Both the position numbers and the translations under genes were made by a program. Source: Vicugna vicugna (taxonomy: Eukaryota). Taken from it: DNA of 40,065 nucleotides. The DNA lies in NCBI GenBank assembly GCA_013265495.1, contig MU058531.1, forward strand, positions 3,922,435 to 3,962,499. The letters are read 5' to 3'. Shown one piece after another: positions 23,034 to 34,509 of this stretch (positions are counted from its first letter, which is position 1; each line of letters opens with the position of its first letter). The notes under the pieces are model-generated. The model saw only the letters and a program-made list of their open reading frames with translations, did no database searches and was not told the DNA's origin.

Positions 23034-23307
23034 TTAGATTCACAAAAAACTGATGTGTGTATAAAGGAGTTTTATTACTCCAGAAGGTTGCTTCCAGAAA
23101 AGTGGTTATTGCCAAAATAAGAATTTTGAGAGGTCAATAATTTTGTCTTTCACAAAGAACTTTTTGTTAAAAATTAACCTTTAACGAGTTATGATTACAC
23201 ACCTGTTTAGAAACATACATTATCTTGCCCTGTGTCAGATCCCATTGCAATGATTATAATCTATGATAAATGAGCATTAGCCTTTCAAAGTTGGAAAAGC
23301 GGAGGTC

Positions 23308-23351
23308 AAGAAACAGCCAGCAAAAAAAAAAAAAAAGAAACAGCCAGCAAA
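23308..23351 (+). mobile_element. Poly(A)-only insertion flanked by a 17-bp target-site duplication
   Basis: AAGAAACAGCCAGCAAA at 23308-23324 and 23335-23351 around A10; single copy in copy A (about 1982-1998). Confidence 0.78.
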
Positions 23352-25228
23352 TCTCCGACAAATTTCTGAAACACAGAGAGCATATTGAGGGGTGATAATG
23401 AAGTCAGCAGAGAGGATGAAGTTGTGACCTAAATGTCAGAAGAGGAGGTTCCACAGTGAGGAAAAGTCACTTGTGTCCTTGCAATCCCCTGTAAGGCTCA
23501 GCATTTGTAAGTATCAAGTTTCAGAGGTGGCAGAGGGAGAAATAGGCTGATAAAGGTAGCTCTCCCCAACATGTCCCTTTGACAACCCTTTTCATCAGGT
23601 GACTTTTCCCCCAGTAGAATGAGAGAGGTTTACTCTCTAGAGAAACTGAACCTAAGAGGTCCTACATGCAGGGGCACTGGGCAGAGGTAGGGGAAAGTGT
23701 GAGGTACACAGCTGGGGGAAAAAAAAGAAAAGTTAGGTAAGAATCCACTTCTTGAATGCAGAGACTTTTAGCTCCTTTCTCCATCCTGCTTCCTAAATTT
23801 TGGCAACCAGAGGAAAAACACCACCAGAGTGAACACTCTGGAGAAGCAACCTCCAACTTTTGTCATGTAGATAGTAAATTCTTTCAATATGTATAGCAAA
23901 GTGAACAAAATTAAAACATCCACTCTAAGACAAAGAGTCATGAAATTTCAGAACACTCGGTAAAAGGGACAATCACAAAAATTTTCAGATACATATATCA
24001 GGTCATATACAAAAGATTAGGATTCACAACAGCATCGAAAATCTAAAGAGCAACTATCCAACTGCGTGTTAATAAAAAGAGGGTATTTTCAGGCCTCTTA
24101 GTTTGACAAAACTTTCCCCCTCTTTTCCTTTTTTCATTCAAATGCCTGAAGTCATGTTAGAGGAAGTCATGGGCTGCAGGAATTTGGAAAACTCAAGGAG
24201 AATGAAAGTGTCAGGGCAGTTGCTAGATACCAGTTCTCGACAATATCCATTTCCAAATAGATTAGGTGGCTAAAACAGGTGTGAGGCGGCACACCATGAA
24301 CAAAAGAGAGGATTCTGATTATCTGGGGTTTCATAAAACTAGGGAAATGATTATTAGGAGTTTGAAGCATCTATCTCAGTGTTTGAAATTAATTCTGATT
24401 CTAAATCAAGATATATAGCATTTTACGAATTAAACTAAAGAGACAAGGCTAAGTCCAAGAGAGTACCAGAAGTGAAGCATGATCATAGTTGTCTTAACAG
24501 GGACCATTATTTATGTAGTTAGAATGATGTTAAAATGAATATTCTAACAGCCAGAAATCGTAGTCTAAATATATTGGGGAATTGGACTAGAGGGATTTGT
24601 GAGTGTGTGTGGTTGTATTTTGTATGAGGTAGGGATGGAGATGTAAATTCCCAAGTCTCATACCAGGAAATCAGATATTGTTTAAAAACCTGTAAGTAAG
24701 AAATAGAAACAGAAACTTGTTATTTAGAAATAGGACATAAACTTCTGAATAAACTGCTAGAATGCTGAAAGTGGTGGCATCTGGCAGTTGGAGGATGAAG
24801 AGAGTACCACTGCAAACTGCACACACACAATACACAAATACATGAAAACACATAATTATAATGTGACTTCTCAACCCATGTATTATTTTGATATAAAATT
24901 AATATTTGATTCTTGTTTTTTTTTCTGCAGGGACAGTTAATTCCTTGACATATGTTGTTTATATTTGAAGTGTTTCATCATTTCTCTTTGTATTATCATG
25001 TATGCTAATACATGGTACCTGTAAATGTATCTTGGGTCTAGCTTGTAGGAGACTTACATCTATCTATATTATGGCAATTCTGTATGTTAAGGTACATTTC
25101 TGGGCATATAATGGATGTTTGTAATGATGTGGGGACACTGTCATGAGGTTTCATTTATCCCTGAATTGGTATGCAAATATGAAATGCATTTTTCTCTTTT
25201 TCCATTAGTCTTCCTTGTCTTTTATCAG

Positions 25229-25416
25229 CTAAGGTCCAGGAAGAGATTGACCATGTGATTGGCAGACACCGGAGCCCCTTCATACAGGACAGGAGCCGCA
25301 TGCCCTACATGGATGCTGTGGTGCACGAGATCCAAAGATACATTGACCTGGTCCCCACCAACATACCTCATGCCGTGACCTGTGACATTAAATTCAGAAA
25401 CTACCTCATCCTCAAG
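25229..25416 (+). pseudogene. CYP2C: Copy B exon 7
   Basis: 188 bp, AG and GT intact; [62 protein letters not shown]. Confidence 0.95.
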
Positions 25417-26022
25417 GTAAGACCGGTTTCTCTTACACTGACCTCAGTGGTCTTGAAGTTCCATTTTCACAGTGTGGGTGAATCCTCTATGAGCTCTAAG
25501 AAGATGAGAGAAGTTAAAAAAAAAATCATCTATGTGTCATCTTGATGGATTTTTTGTTGTTTCCAGTTTAGTTCACAAAACTTTATAACGGGTTTTGACA
25601 CCCAGCAGTGAGTGTCTTCCAGATTTGTTCTGCTCCTTTTATATTGTTTAGATAATCTCAGGTGTTCATGTTTCCAAATGAATTTGTGTGATTACCAAAA
25701 CACACTGCTGGAATTTTTATCAGGGTGACATTAGCTCTATTTGTAAAGACTACACATCATGACACTGAATTTTTCAATTACTAAATATGATATACTGCTA
25801 ATTTTGAAAGGCTTTAATTTTTTCAATAATTTTTTTTGGTGCATTGGCTTGCATATCTTTCATTTAGTTTCCCCAAGGTGCTTATTGTTGTTACAAATTT
25901 TTTTAAATGCCTTTTCCATTCTTTTAACTGGACTGTGAAATATGATTGATTTCTCATTTTGATGACTTTATATGTAGCAACCTTGCTTAATTTTAAATAA
26001 TTACCAAAAATGTCTCTAGATT

Positions 26023-26222
26023 TTTTTATATATAAACATTTTTTAATTGAGTTATAGTCATTTTACAATGTTGTGTCAAATTCCAGCGTAGAACACAATT
26101 TTTCATGTATAAATGAACGTACATATATTCATTGTCACATTCTGTTTTGCTGTGAGCCACCACAAGATCTTGTATATATTTCCCTGTGTTACACAGTACA
26201 ATCTTGTTTATCTATTCTACAT
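26023..26222 (-). mobile_element. Young L1 3'-end fragment with 18-bp TSD, copy-B specific
   Basis: CAAAAATGTCTCTAGATT at 26005-26022 and 26223-26240; empty site in copy A near 4780-4800. Confidence 0.88.
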
Positions 26223-27627
26223 CAAAAATGTCTCTAGATTAACCGCAATTTCTCTATATATTGTCCTCCTATCTGGGCTAATATCTTTGTTTTATTTCTA
26301 GTCTATAGGAGAGTGGGGGTTAACATCTCACTGTTGAGAATGAGGTATTATGTACATTTTCTTATTTTTTTTATCAGATTAGGGAAATTTGCCCTCTCAT
26401 TTTTAATGATTTTTTTTTTTTTTTGCTCATGAATGTACAACTTTTTTTCATATCGATATCTGCAACTACTGGTATGTTGTGTATTCTGGCCTCACTCTTC
26501 CTACTAAATATACATAAGTATATACACACGCAGCTGGACTTGATTTGTTACATCTTTTTCAGGACCTCTCTGTTTATATTCATAAGAGATTTTTGGTCTA
26601 TAATTTTTCTTTCTGAAAATCTTCTTACATTTCTGTTATCTAGGTAGTGCTGGCATCATGAAGTCAGGTGAGAAATGTTCCCTAATGTGGGTGTATTTCG
26701 TTGTGTTCCCCTCTTCTACTTGTGGCCACTTAGTTGTGTCTTTGAAATGCCCAATAACTTTTGGTTAAATATCAATTATTGTAAATGAAAAGAATTATAG
26801 CGTTTCAGAGGTATTTATCTTCTTCCAGAAACGGTTCATCCCTCTCCTACTAGGCAGTCAGAAAAATGTAACACCTTCTGTTTTGAGTATAACTGGGACA
26901 TTGACACAGATTAAAATCAAGTTCAGATGTCAGCTTGCCTCTCCGAGAACTCTTAACTATGGACTACTGAGACACATTTTCATTTTAGCAGATTTCTAAT
27001 TCTTTCCAACACACAGTTTCTCTATATATTCAGACTTTCTAGTTGGCGTGCTACAGGCTACTCTTATCCACTTGAAGTCAAGACATGTGACTATTAAAAT
27101 TGAAAAATAATATAACTAAAGTTTGTATTTTGTTGGGGAAAGTAAGTAATGAGATTTGTAAGGCTGCAACTTAATGCCAATCTTTGCAGGAAACAGATTG
27201 ATGAGTTTAGTAAGAGATTATGGGACATGTCTCAATGATCACAGATTTGGTATAAGGGTTAGCGCTTCAAGTACACTACTTTTTCACCAAAGGACACAAT
27301 GAGAAAAAAAATTTTTTTAATATTGGAGTCTAAGGTAATAATTAAGCAAACCTGTTTCTCTTCTTATTTCTGAGTAAATGGGAAACAATGCATTAGAAAT
27401 CAGAATGGGATTGATCCCTTCTCACATCCACTAAATCAGGAAATGACAGTTACGTTGTCACTTGCGTGTTCCAAATGCATATATTGGGAATGACCATTCC
27501 CCTCTGCATGGACATCCCAGTGTAGAAATATGAACGTTGGGTGGCTGATTCTACCCTTTTACCAAATAGATGATTTCTGCTACTTAAGGCTGGAGCCACT
27601 GAGGAAGGTGGAGATAATGGCCCAAGA

Positions 27628-27945
27628 CAGGAGTTGGTAAACCTTTTCTATAATGGGCCAGAATGTAAATACTTCAGAATTTAAGACCTTGAAATGTCTA
27701 ATGCCTTTGTACACTTTTGTACATTCTGCCGTTGTAGCATGGATGCAATCATAGGACATACTTAAATGAGTATGGCTATATCTCAGTCTTTATGGAAGTT
27801 GAAATTTAGATTTCTTGTAATTTTTGTATGTCACAAAATCTTATTTCCCTTGATTTTTTTTCAATTAAAAGTGCTTAGATCATGGTCTGTACAAAAACAC
27901 ATTTTAGGGTGTACTTGCATACGGGTTGTTAGTTATCTATAGCTA
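27628..27945. mobile_element. MER58-like DNA transposon (paralog of 6203-6520)
   Basis: caggagttggtaaaccttttctataatgggccagaatgtaaat. Confidence 0.7.
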
Positions 27946-28421
27946 AGACAGTTTGTCTAATAGAACTCTATGCAATGCTTTGAGATTGATTTGTGGGTAG
28001 ATTTTTTGGGGGGTGGTTATCTATAGAATATTTTCCAGCACAGGGTCCCAAAGATTTACCCTTATCTATTTCTAAAACTTTGTAAGTGCTTACATGTAGA
28101 TTGTTATCCATTCAGGTAATTTTTACTTATGTTGTGGAGTAATAGTTGTGCTTCTTTTATTTTTTCATGAATATCCAGCTGTTCAAGCAACACTGATGAA
28201 AATTTATTAACTTTTGTATCTTATTGAAAGATTTCCATATATTACTTGTATAAATATATACAAGGGAATAATATCAAAAACAGAATCAGACAAACTTTTA
28301 TATGACAAACTTAGGGGATAGACATTTTCCTAAGTATGCATTAAATATTTCTAAAACCTAAAAATGTTTAAAACACATGCATATATATGTAACATACAAA
28401 ATTTGTATATATATCTAGTTT

Positions 28422-28945
28422 TGCAATGACAATGGAAACGATCAAAAAACAATCTATAAGAATAGACAAAAATTTTATTTGAGCCAAACTGAGAACTATA
28501 GCCCAAAAGCAGCCTCTCAGATAACTCTGAGGAACTGCTCTGGAGAAACATGGTTTTCAGCACAGTTTCTTATGTTGTCAGAACAAAGAACATCAAACAA
28601 CCTAGGAATATATTCCTTCAAGATTTAAAAACAAAACAAAAAAAACAGATCAGCACATACACAGTGAGGCATATGGCTGTGGCACCTGCACACCTGCACA
28701 GGGAGTCTGATCATTGAAGGAGTTCAAGCACTGGCGTCCAAGGAAAGGAGGAATTTACTCTCGATTTTTAACATGGATATTATTTATTTCTGGTCAATGT
28801 ACTCTTTTCTTTAATGATTAAAGCAGACAAACAGTGTATGTTTGATAGGTGATAAACAGGCTGTGTTAGTTAACATAAAATTCAAGTTAAATCATGTATA
28901 AGCCAGAATGACTTCCCCATAACTCAATACGAGAAAACTATTTCC
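28422..28945 (-). mobile_element. Solo LTR, ERV1-like (paralog of 6996-7495)
   Basis: ttttatttgagccaaactgagaactatagcccaaaagcagcctctcagataactctgaggaactgctc. Confidence 0.65.
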
Positions 28946-29767
28946 ATTAACATCCATTTATAAATCCATCAAATCCTCACTGCTTCAGTATGTTTATCTC
29001 AGCAATGATTTTTGTATGGAGGACAATAGTAGCATTTATATTTAAGTGTTACCATGGATACAATATTATCTAATGTACAGCCTATACTTAAAATTTCCCA
29101 ATTTTCCTGCAGTAACCTTTATGGCTTCTTTTTCTTTGCAAAGCAATAGCCAGCCCAGGAACAAGCATATAATTTGGTTACCTTTTCCCTTCAATCTCCT
29201 GTTATCAGTTCTCCATTTTTTTTTCAGTACTCTTAACTTTGTGAAGCGTTTAGTAGTCATACATAATTATTCCTCAGGCTGGTTTTGTGCAGTTGTTTTC
29301 TAGAGATAGATTCCAGTTACGATTTAGTAAGAGAACCTCATGGGTGCTTTGTATGTCCCGCTGAAGTTCAGTGGGGAGGTGGGGGGCACATAATGTCACT
29401 TATGCTATTATTGGTTTTGCAGTGTTGTTCACATGATAAAGTAAGATGTGCCAGATTTCTCTGTGGCAGAAGTCATTTTCTTTACACTTAATAAAAATCT
29501 ACTGCATGGTACTGTAGGGCTTTGTGAGTAGCATATTTTTCAATCACCCAACAATTTTAGCATTAATAGATAAAACTTGTCTAAATTAAAGATCCTAAGC
29601 AGAATTATTGTGAAATGATTCCACTAATTTTATCATCCTTTCAAATCTAAGATTAATCTATAATAAGTGTACCTTGTATTTTTAAGATACACTATCTGCA
29701 TGGCAATGATAAACACTAATATTTGTTACTGTACTTACTGTTATTAGCACGAAGAGGTTATTTTTCA

Positions 29768-31978
29768 ATTTCAATTTCTTTATTTATTTAACTTTTTTGG
29801 GGGATGCTTTTTATTTTTTTATTTTTTAACATTTTTCATTGATTTATAATCATTTTACAATGTTGTGTCAAATTCCAGTGTTCAGCACAATTTTTCAGTC
29901 ATTCATGGACATATACACACTGTCACAATTTTTTCACTGTGAGTTATCATAACATTTTGTGTATATTTCCCTGTGCTATGCAGTGTAATCTTGTTTATCT
30001 ATTCTACAATTTTGAAATCCCAGTCTATCCCTTCCCACCCTCTACCCCCCTGGTAACCACAAGTCTGTATTCTCTGTCTGTGAGTCTATTTCTGTCCTGT
30101 ATTTATGCTTTGTTTTTGTTTGCTTGTTTGTTTTTGTTTTTGTTTTTTAGATTCCACATATGAGCAATCTCATATGGTATTTTTCTTTCTCTTTCTGGCT
30201 TACTTCACTTAGAATGACATTCTCCAGGAGCATCCATGTTGCTGCAAATGGCATTATGTTGTCGGTTTTTATGGCTGAGTAGTATTCCATCGTATTAATA
30301 TACCACATCTTCTTTATCCATTCACCTTTTGATAAACATTTAGGCTGTTTCCATGTTTTGGCTATTGTAAATAGTGCTGCTATGAACATTGGGGTGCAGG
30401 TGTCATCCTGAAGTAGATTTCCTTCTGGATACAAGCCCAGGAGTGGGATTCCTGGGTTATTTAACATTTTTTTAAATTCAGTTATAGTCATTTTACAATT
30501 TTGTGTCAAATTCCAGTGTAGAGCACAATTTTTCAGTTATACATAAACATACATATATTCAATGTCACATATTTTTTCGCTGTGAGCTACTACAAGATCT
30601 TGTATATATTTCCCTGTGCTATACAGTATTTTTAAACATTTTTATTGAGTTATAATCATTTTACAATGTTGTATCAAATTCCAGTGAAGAGCACAATTTT
30701 TCAGTTATACATGAACATATATATATAGTCACTTTTTTTTTCTGTGAGCTACCATAAGATCTTGTATATAGTTCCCTGTGCTAAACAGTATAATCTTATT
30801 TATATAGTCTACATTTTGAAATCCCAGTCTGTCCCTTCCCACCTCCCACCCACTTGGCAACCACAAGTTTGTATTGTATGTCTATGAGTCTGTTTCTGAT
30901 TTGTAGTTTTGTTTTGTTTTGTTTTTAGATTGAACATATGAGCGATCTCATAGGGTATTTTTCTTTCTCTTTCTGGCTTACTTCACTTAGAATGATATTC
31001 TCCAGGGACATGTTGCTGCAGTTGGCGTTATGTTGTCATTTTTATGGCTGAATAGTATTCCACTGTATAAATATACCACATCTTCTTTATCCAGTCATCT
31101 ATTGATGGACATTTAGGCTGTTTCCATGTCTTGGCTATTGTAAATAGTGCTGCTATGAACATTGGGGTGCAGGTGTCTTTTTGAAGTAGGGTTCCTTCTG
31201 GATATATGCCCAGGAGCGGGATTCCTGGGTCATATAGTAAGTCTCTTCCTAGTCTTTTGAGGAATCTCCATACTGTTTTCCACAACGGCTGCACCAAACT
31301 GCATTCCCACCAGCAGTTCCCTTTTCTCCACAGCCTCTCCAGCATTTGTCATTTGTGGACTTTTGAATGATGGCCATTCTGACTGGTGTGAGGTGATATG
31401 TCATTGTAGTTTTGATTTGCATTTCTCTGATAGTGATATTAAACATTTTTTCATGTGTCTATTGATCATTCTTCCTTGGAGAATTGCTTGTTGAGGTCTT
31501 CTGCCCATTTTTGGATTGGTTGTTTTTTTTTCTTATTAAGTCGTATGAGCTGCTTATATATTCTGGAGATCAAGCCTTTGTCAGTTTCACCTTTTGCAAA
31601 AATTTTCTCCTATTCTGTAGGTTGTCATTTTGTTTTACTTATGGTTTCCTTTGCTGTGCAGAAGCTTGTAAGTTTCATTAGGTCCCATTTGTTTATTCTT
31701 GCTTTTATTTCTATTGTTTGGGTAGACTGTTCTAGGAGAACATTTTTGAGATGTATGTCAGATGATGTTTTGCCTATATTTTCTTCTAGGAGGTTTATCA
31801 AGTTTTTGATCCATTTTGAGTTTATTTTTGTGTATGGTGTAAGGGAGTGTTCTAGCTTAATTGATTTACATGCTGCTGTCCAGTTTTCCCAACACCATTT
31901 GCTGAGGAGACTGTCTTTATTCCATTGTATATCTTGCCTCCTTTGTCGAAGATTAGTTGACCAAAAATTTGTGGGTTC
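29768..31978 (-). mobile_element. Stack of three young L1 3' ends within one 16-bp TSD
   Basis: AAGAGGTTATTTTTCA at 29752-29767 and 31979-31994; the 3'-terminal motif cattttacaat(g/t)ttgt(g/a)tcaaattccagtg recurs near 29850, 30490 and 30660; ORF2 C-terminal peptides ([23 protein letters not shown]) on the minus strand. Confidence 0.9.
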
Positions 31979-32342
31979 AAGAGGTTATTTTTCATTAGCT
32001 CAGATGTCTATTTTACAGTAGCACTATAAACAGACAATTCCAGACATTTCAAGTCCAATAGAGACTTCATTTGAAGCCATAATCGACCTATGAGATGAGT
32101 GAAAATTGAAGTGAAAAAATAAAACAGATGGTGGGAATGTACACACTTGGTGATTAGCAGAATGAATTCATAAGGTTGGTACCCTAGGACCCATGTTCTC
32201 AGTACTCCAAATGCTACTGAAGATCACTTTAGCAACATCCTGACACTAGTCTTAAACTTATCCTTGTTTATTAATTACTGAGTATGTCTGGCTGAAAATG
32301 CCACTGACCTTCTGTGGACCTAGGATTCCCTATCTATAGATC

Positions 32343-32795
32343 TGTTGACTGAAAAGAAAAAGAAAAAGTCACAACTTGAGAGTTACAAGTTAAGTTTTAT
32401 TTTGGGTAAAATGAGAACTACAGCCCAGGAGATACTTCTGAGGCTCTAAGAAACTGCTCCCAAGATTTAGGGGTGGGAGGAGATCAGTACACACAATTCT
32501 AGTGAAGGGGATACCTGCAATTGAGCTACATTTTGGCAGAGGTTTGCTTGCTGCTATTCATGAGGAGGTATCTTCATTAATGTTTTTAGTATTTAACTAG
32601 ATATGAGAAGATGCAAGAAATAGGGCTCATAAAATTTTTCTCCTTAAAATATCTATCTGAAGTCCTCTTCTGCCAGGTTTCCCAGGGCACAGAGTGCCTC
32701 ATTCCTGATCTTCACCCTTAACTCTTTTCAGGGTGTGCTGGAGGTCACCAACTATAGTGGCTCAAGACTTCATTCTTACAGAACCAAATGGCAAG
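32343..32795 (-). mobile_element. Solo LTR, ERV1-like, ending about 90 bp before exon 8
   Basis: Starts TGTTGACTGAAAA; ttttatttggg...gaactacagcccaggaga...gaaactgctcc; cacagagtgcctcattcctgatc. Confidence 0.65.
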
Positions 32796-32887
32796 GGATC
32801 ACAAGATTGGACTAAATGATTTGCAGCATTTCTTTTTAGCTCCATGGCTTTTTCATACTTCAGTTTCTCTTCATCTGTTCTTTCCAG

Positions 32888-33027
32888 GGCATAGACATTA
32901 ATGTCACTAACTTCTGTACTGCATGATGACAAAGAATTCCCCAACCCAGAGGTGTTTGACCTTGGCCACTTCCTGGATGAGAGTGGCAACTTTAAGAAGA
33001 GTGATTACTTCATGGCTTTCTCAGCAG
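32888..33027 (+). pseudogene. CYP2C: Copy B exon 8, frameshifted
   Basis: 140 bp versus 142 (2-bp deletion near 32898); GIDI / [44 protein letters not shown] and GT intact. Confidence 0.94.
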
Positions 33028-33534
33028 GTAACAAAAATCTATTTCCTTTAGTACTTCAAGTACTTCAGAGAACAAGATGCCATCTGGAGATCAGATAGGA
33101 CTTACATAATTCTTACTCTGGGGCTGGTAGAAATGCTCTTTGTCCATGATGTGGAGCAACAGTCCCAATACACACACACTGTCTCTCCCCATGATACATC
33201 CTCATTATTGGGCTACATTACTCGACCTTGGAAAGATAACCCAGTTCTTTCAAATTCAGAAATAAAACTTAAGCTAGATAGTGAACATAAAAAAGAAGTG
33301 CATCTTATTAGCCCAAAAGAACCATGTGTTATAAAACTTGAAACTTCAGGGTATGTTGGAGATTGATGAAGAGCAGGTATACTTAGAGCAGAGAACTGAG
33401 GCTGTGAGGAATGGAAAGAAAGATGTTGAGACCATTAGACCAGGAACAGAAAATGTAATGACTATATGTGTGTTTCTAGAAAAAGATGATAGAAACTTGA
33501 AAATATGAAATTGCAGTATTAATGTAAGAATATT

Positions 33535-33590
33535 AATACAGTGCTTGGCATAGTGCTAATATTCAATAAATATTTGTTGAAAGAAGGATA
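33535..33590 (+). mobile_element. L2 3'-end remnant
   Basis: acagtgcttggcatag...tcaataaatatttgttgaa. Confidence 0.65.
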
Positions 33591-33611
33591 CCTATTTAGA
33601 TGAGATGTTAG

Positions 33612-33947
<336 letters not shown>

Positions 33948-34257
33948 GGGAAGGTAGATCATATGCCTTTTTCAGTGCTGTTGTTTTCAGCTCCCTCTCA
34001 TGTGGGGTATTGTTCACTTTTTTCCAGTCAGTCTTTCCTGAATGCCTTCTCTGATCGATCCTCTTCTCATCATGCAGTTTCACCACAGAAATGTATCTGC
34101 TATTCTTCATACTCTGTAACATCTGTATTGGCCACCATGTATGCTAGCACTTCTCTAATACTGAGTAGTACTATATACATAGTACTACACACAGTACAAA
34201 ATAGAACAGAATGAGTAGATTATGCCAATGTAAGCCATTTCCCCTGTGTATAATCTT

Positions 34258-34263
34258 AATAAA
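34258..34263 (+). terminator. Polyadenylation signal, copy B
   Basis: AATAAA about 310 bp after the stop codon. Confidence 0.7.
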
Positions 34264-34509
34264 AATTATAATTTGATGAGCCATTCTCAGATTTTCCTTC
34301 TTTTGTGCATATTGCAATTAAGAAATAAAAGAAAAAAATTAAAGAGGTCATGCTGGTAATGATATGCACAGAGAAGAATAAAGGGACCGAGAATAGAAAA
34401 GCTCCCTTGGATAAATGTCACCTAGAGTTACTTGAGGTTTAGATTTGAACATGAAGGAAATTGTTTCACCCTATAAGGAAATACTGAGGTCAGTGATAGG
34501 AGTTAAATT

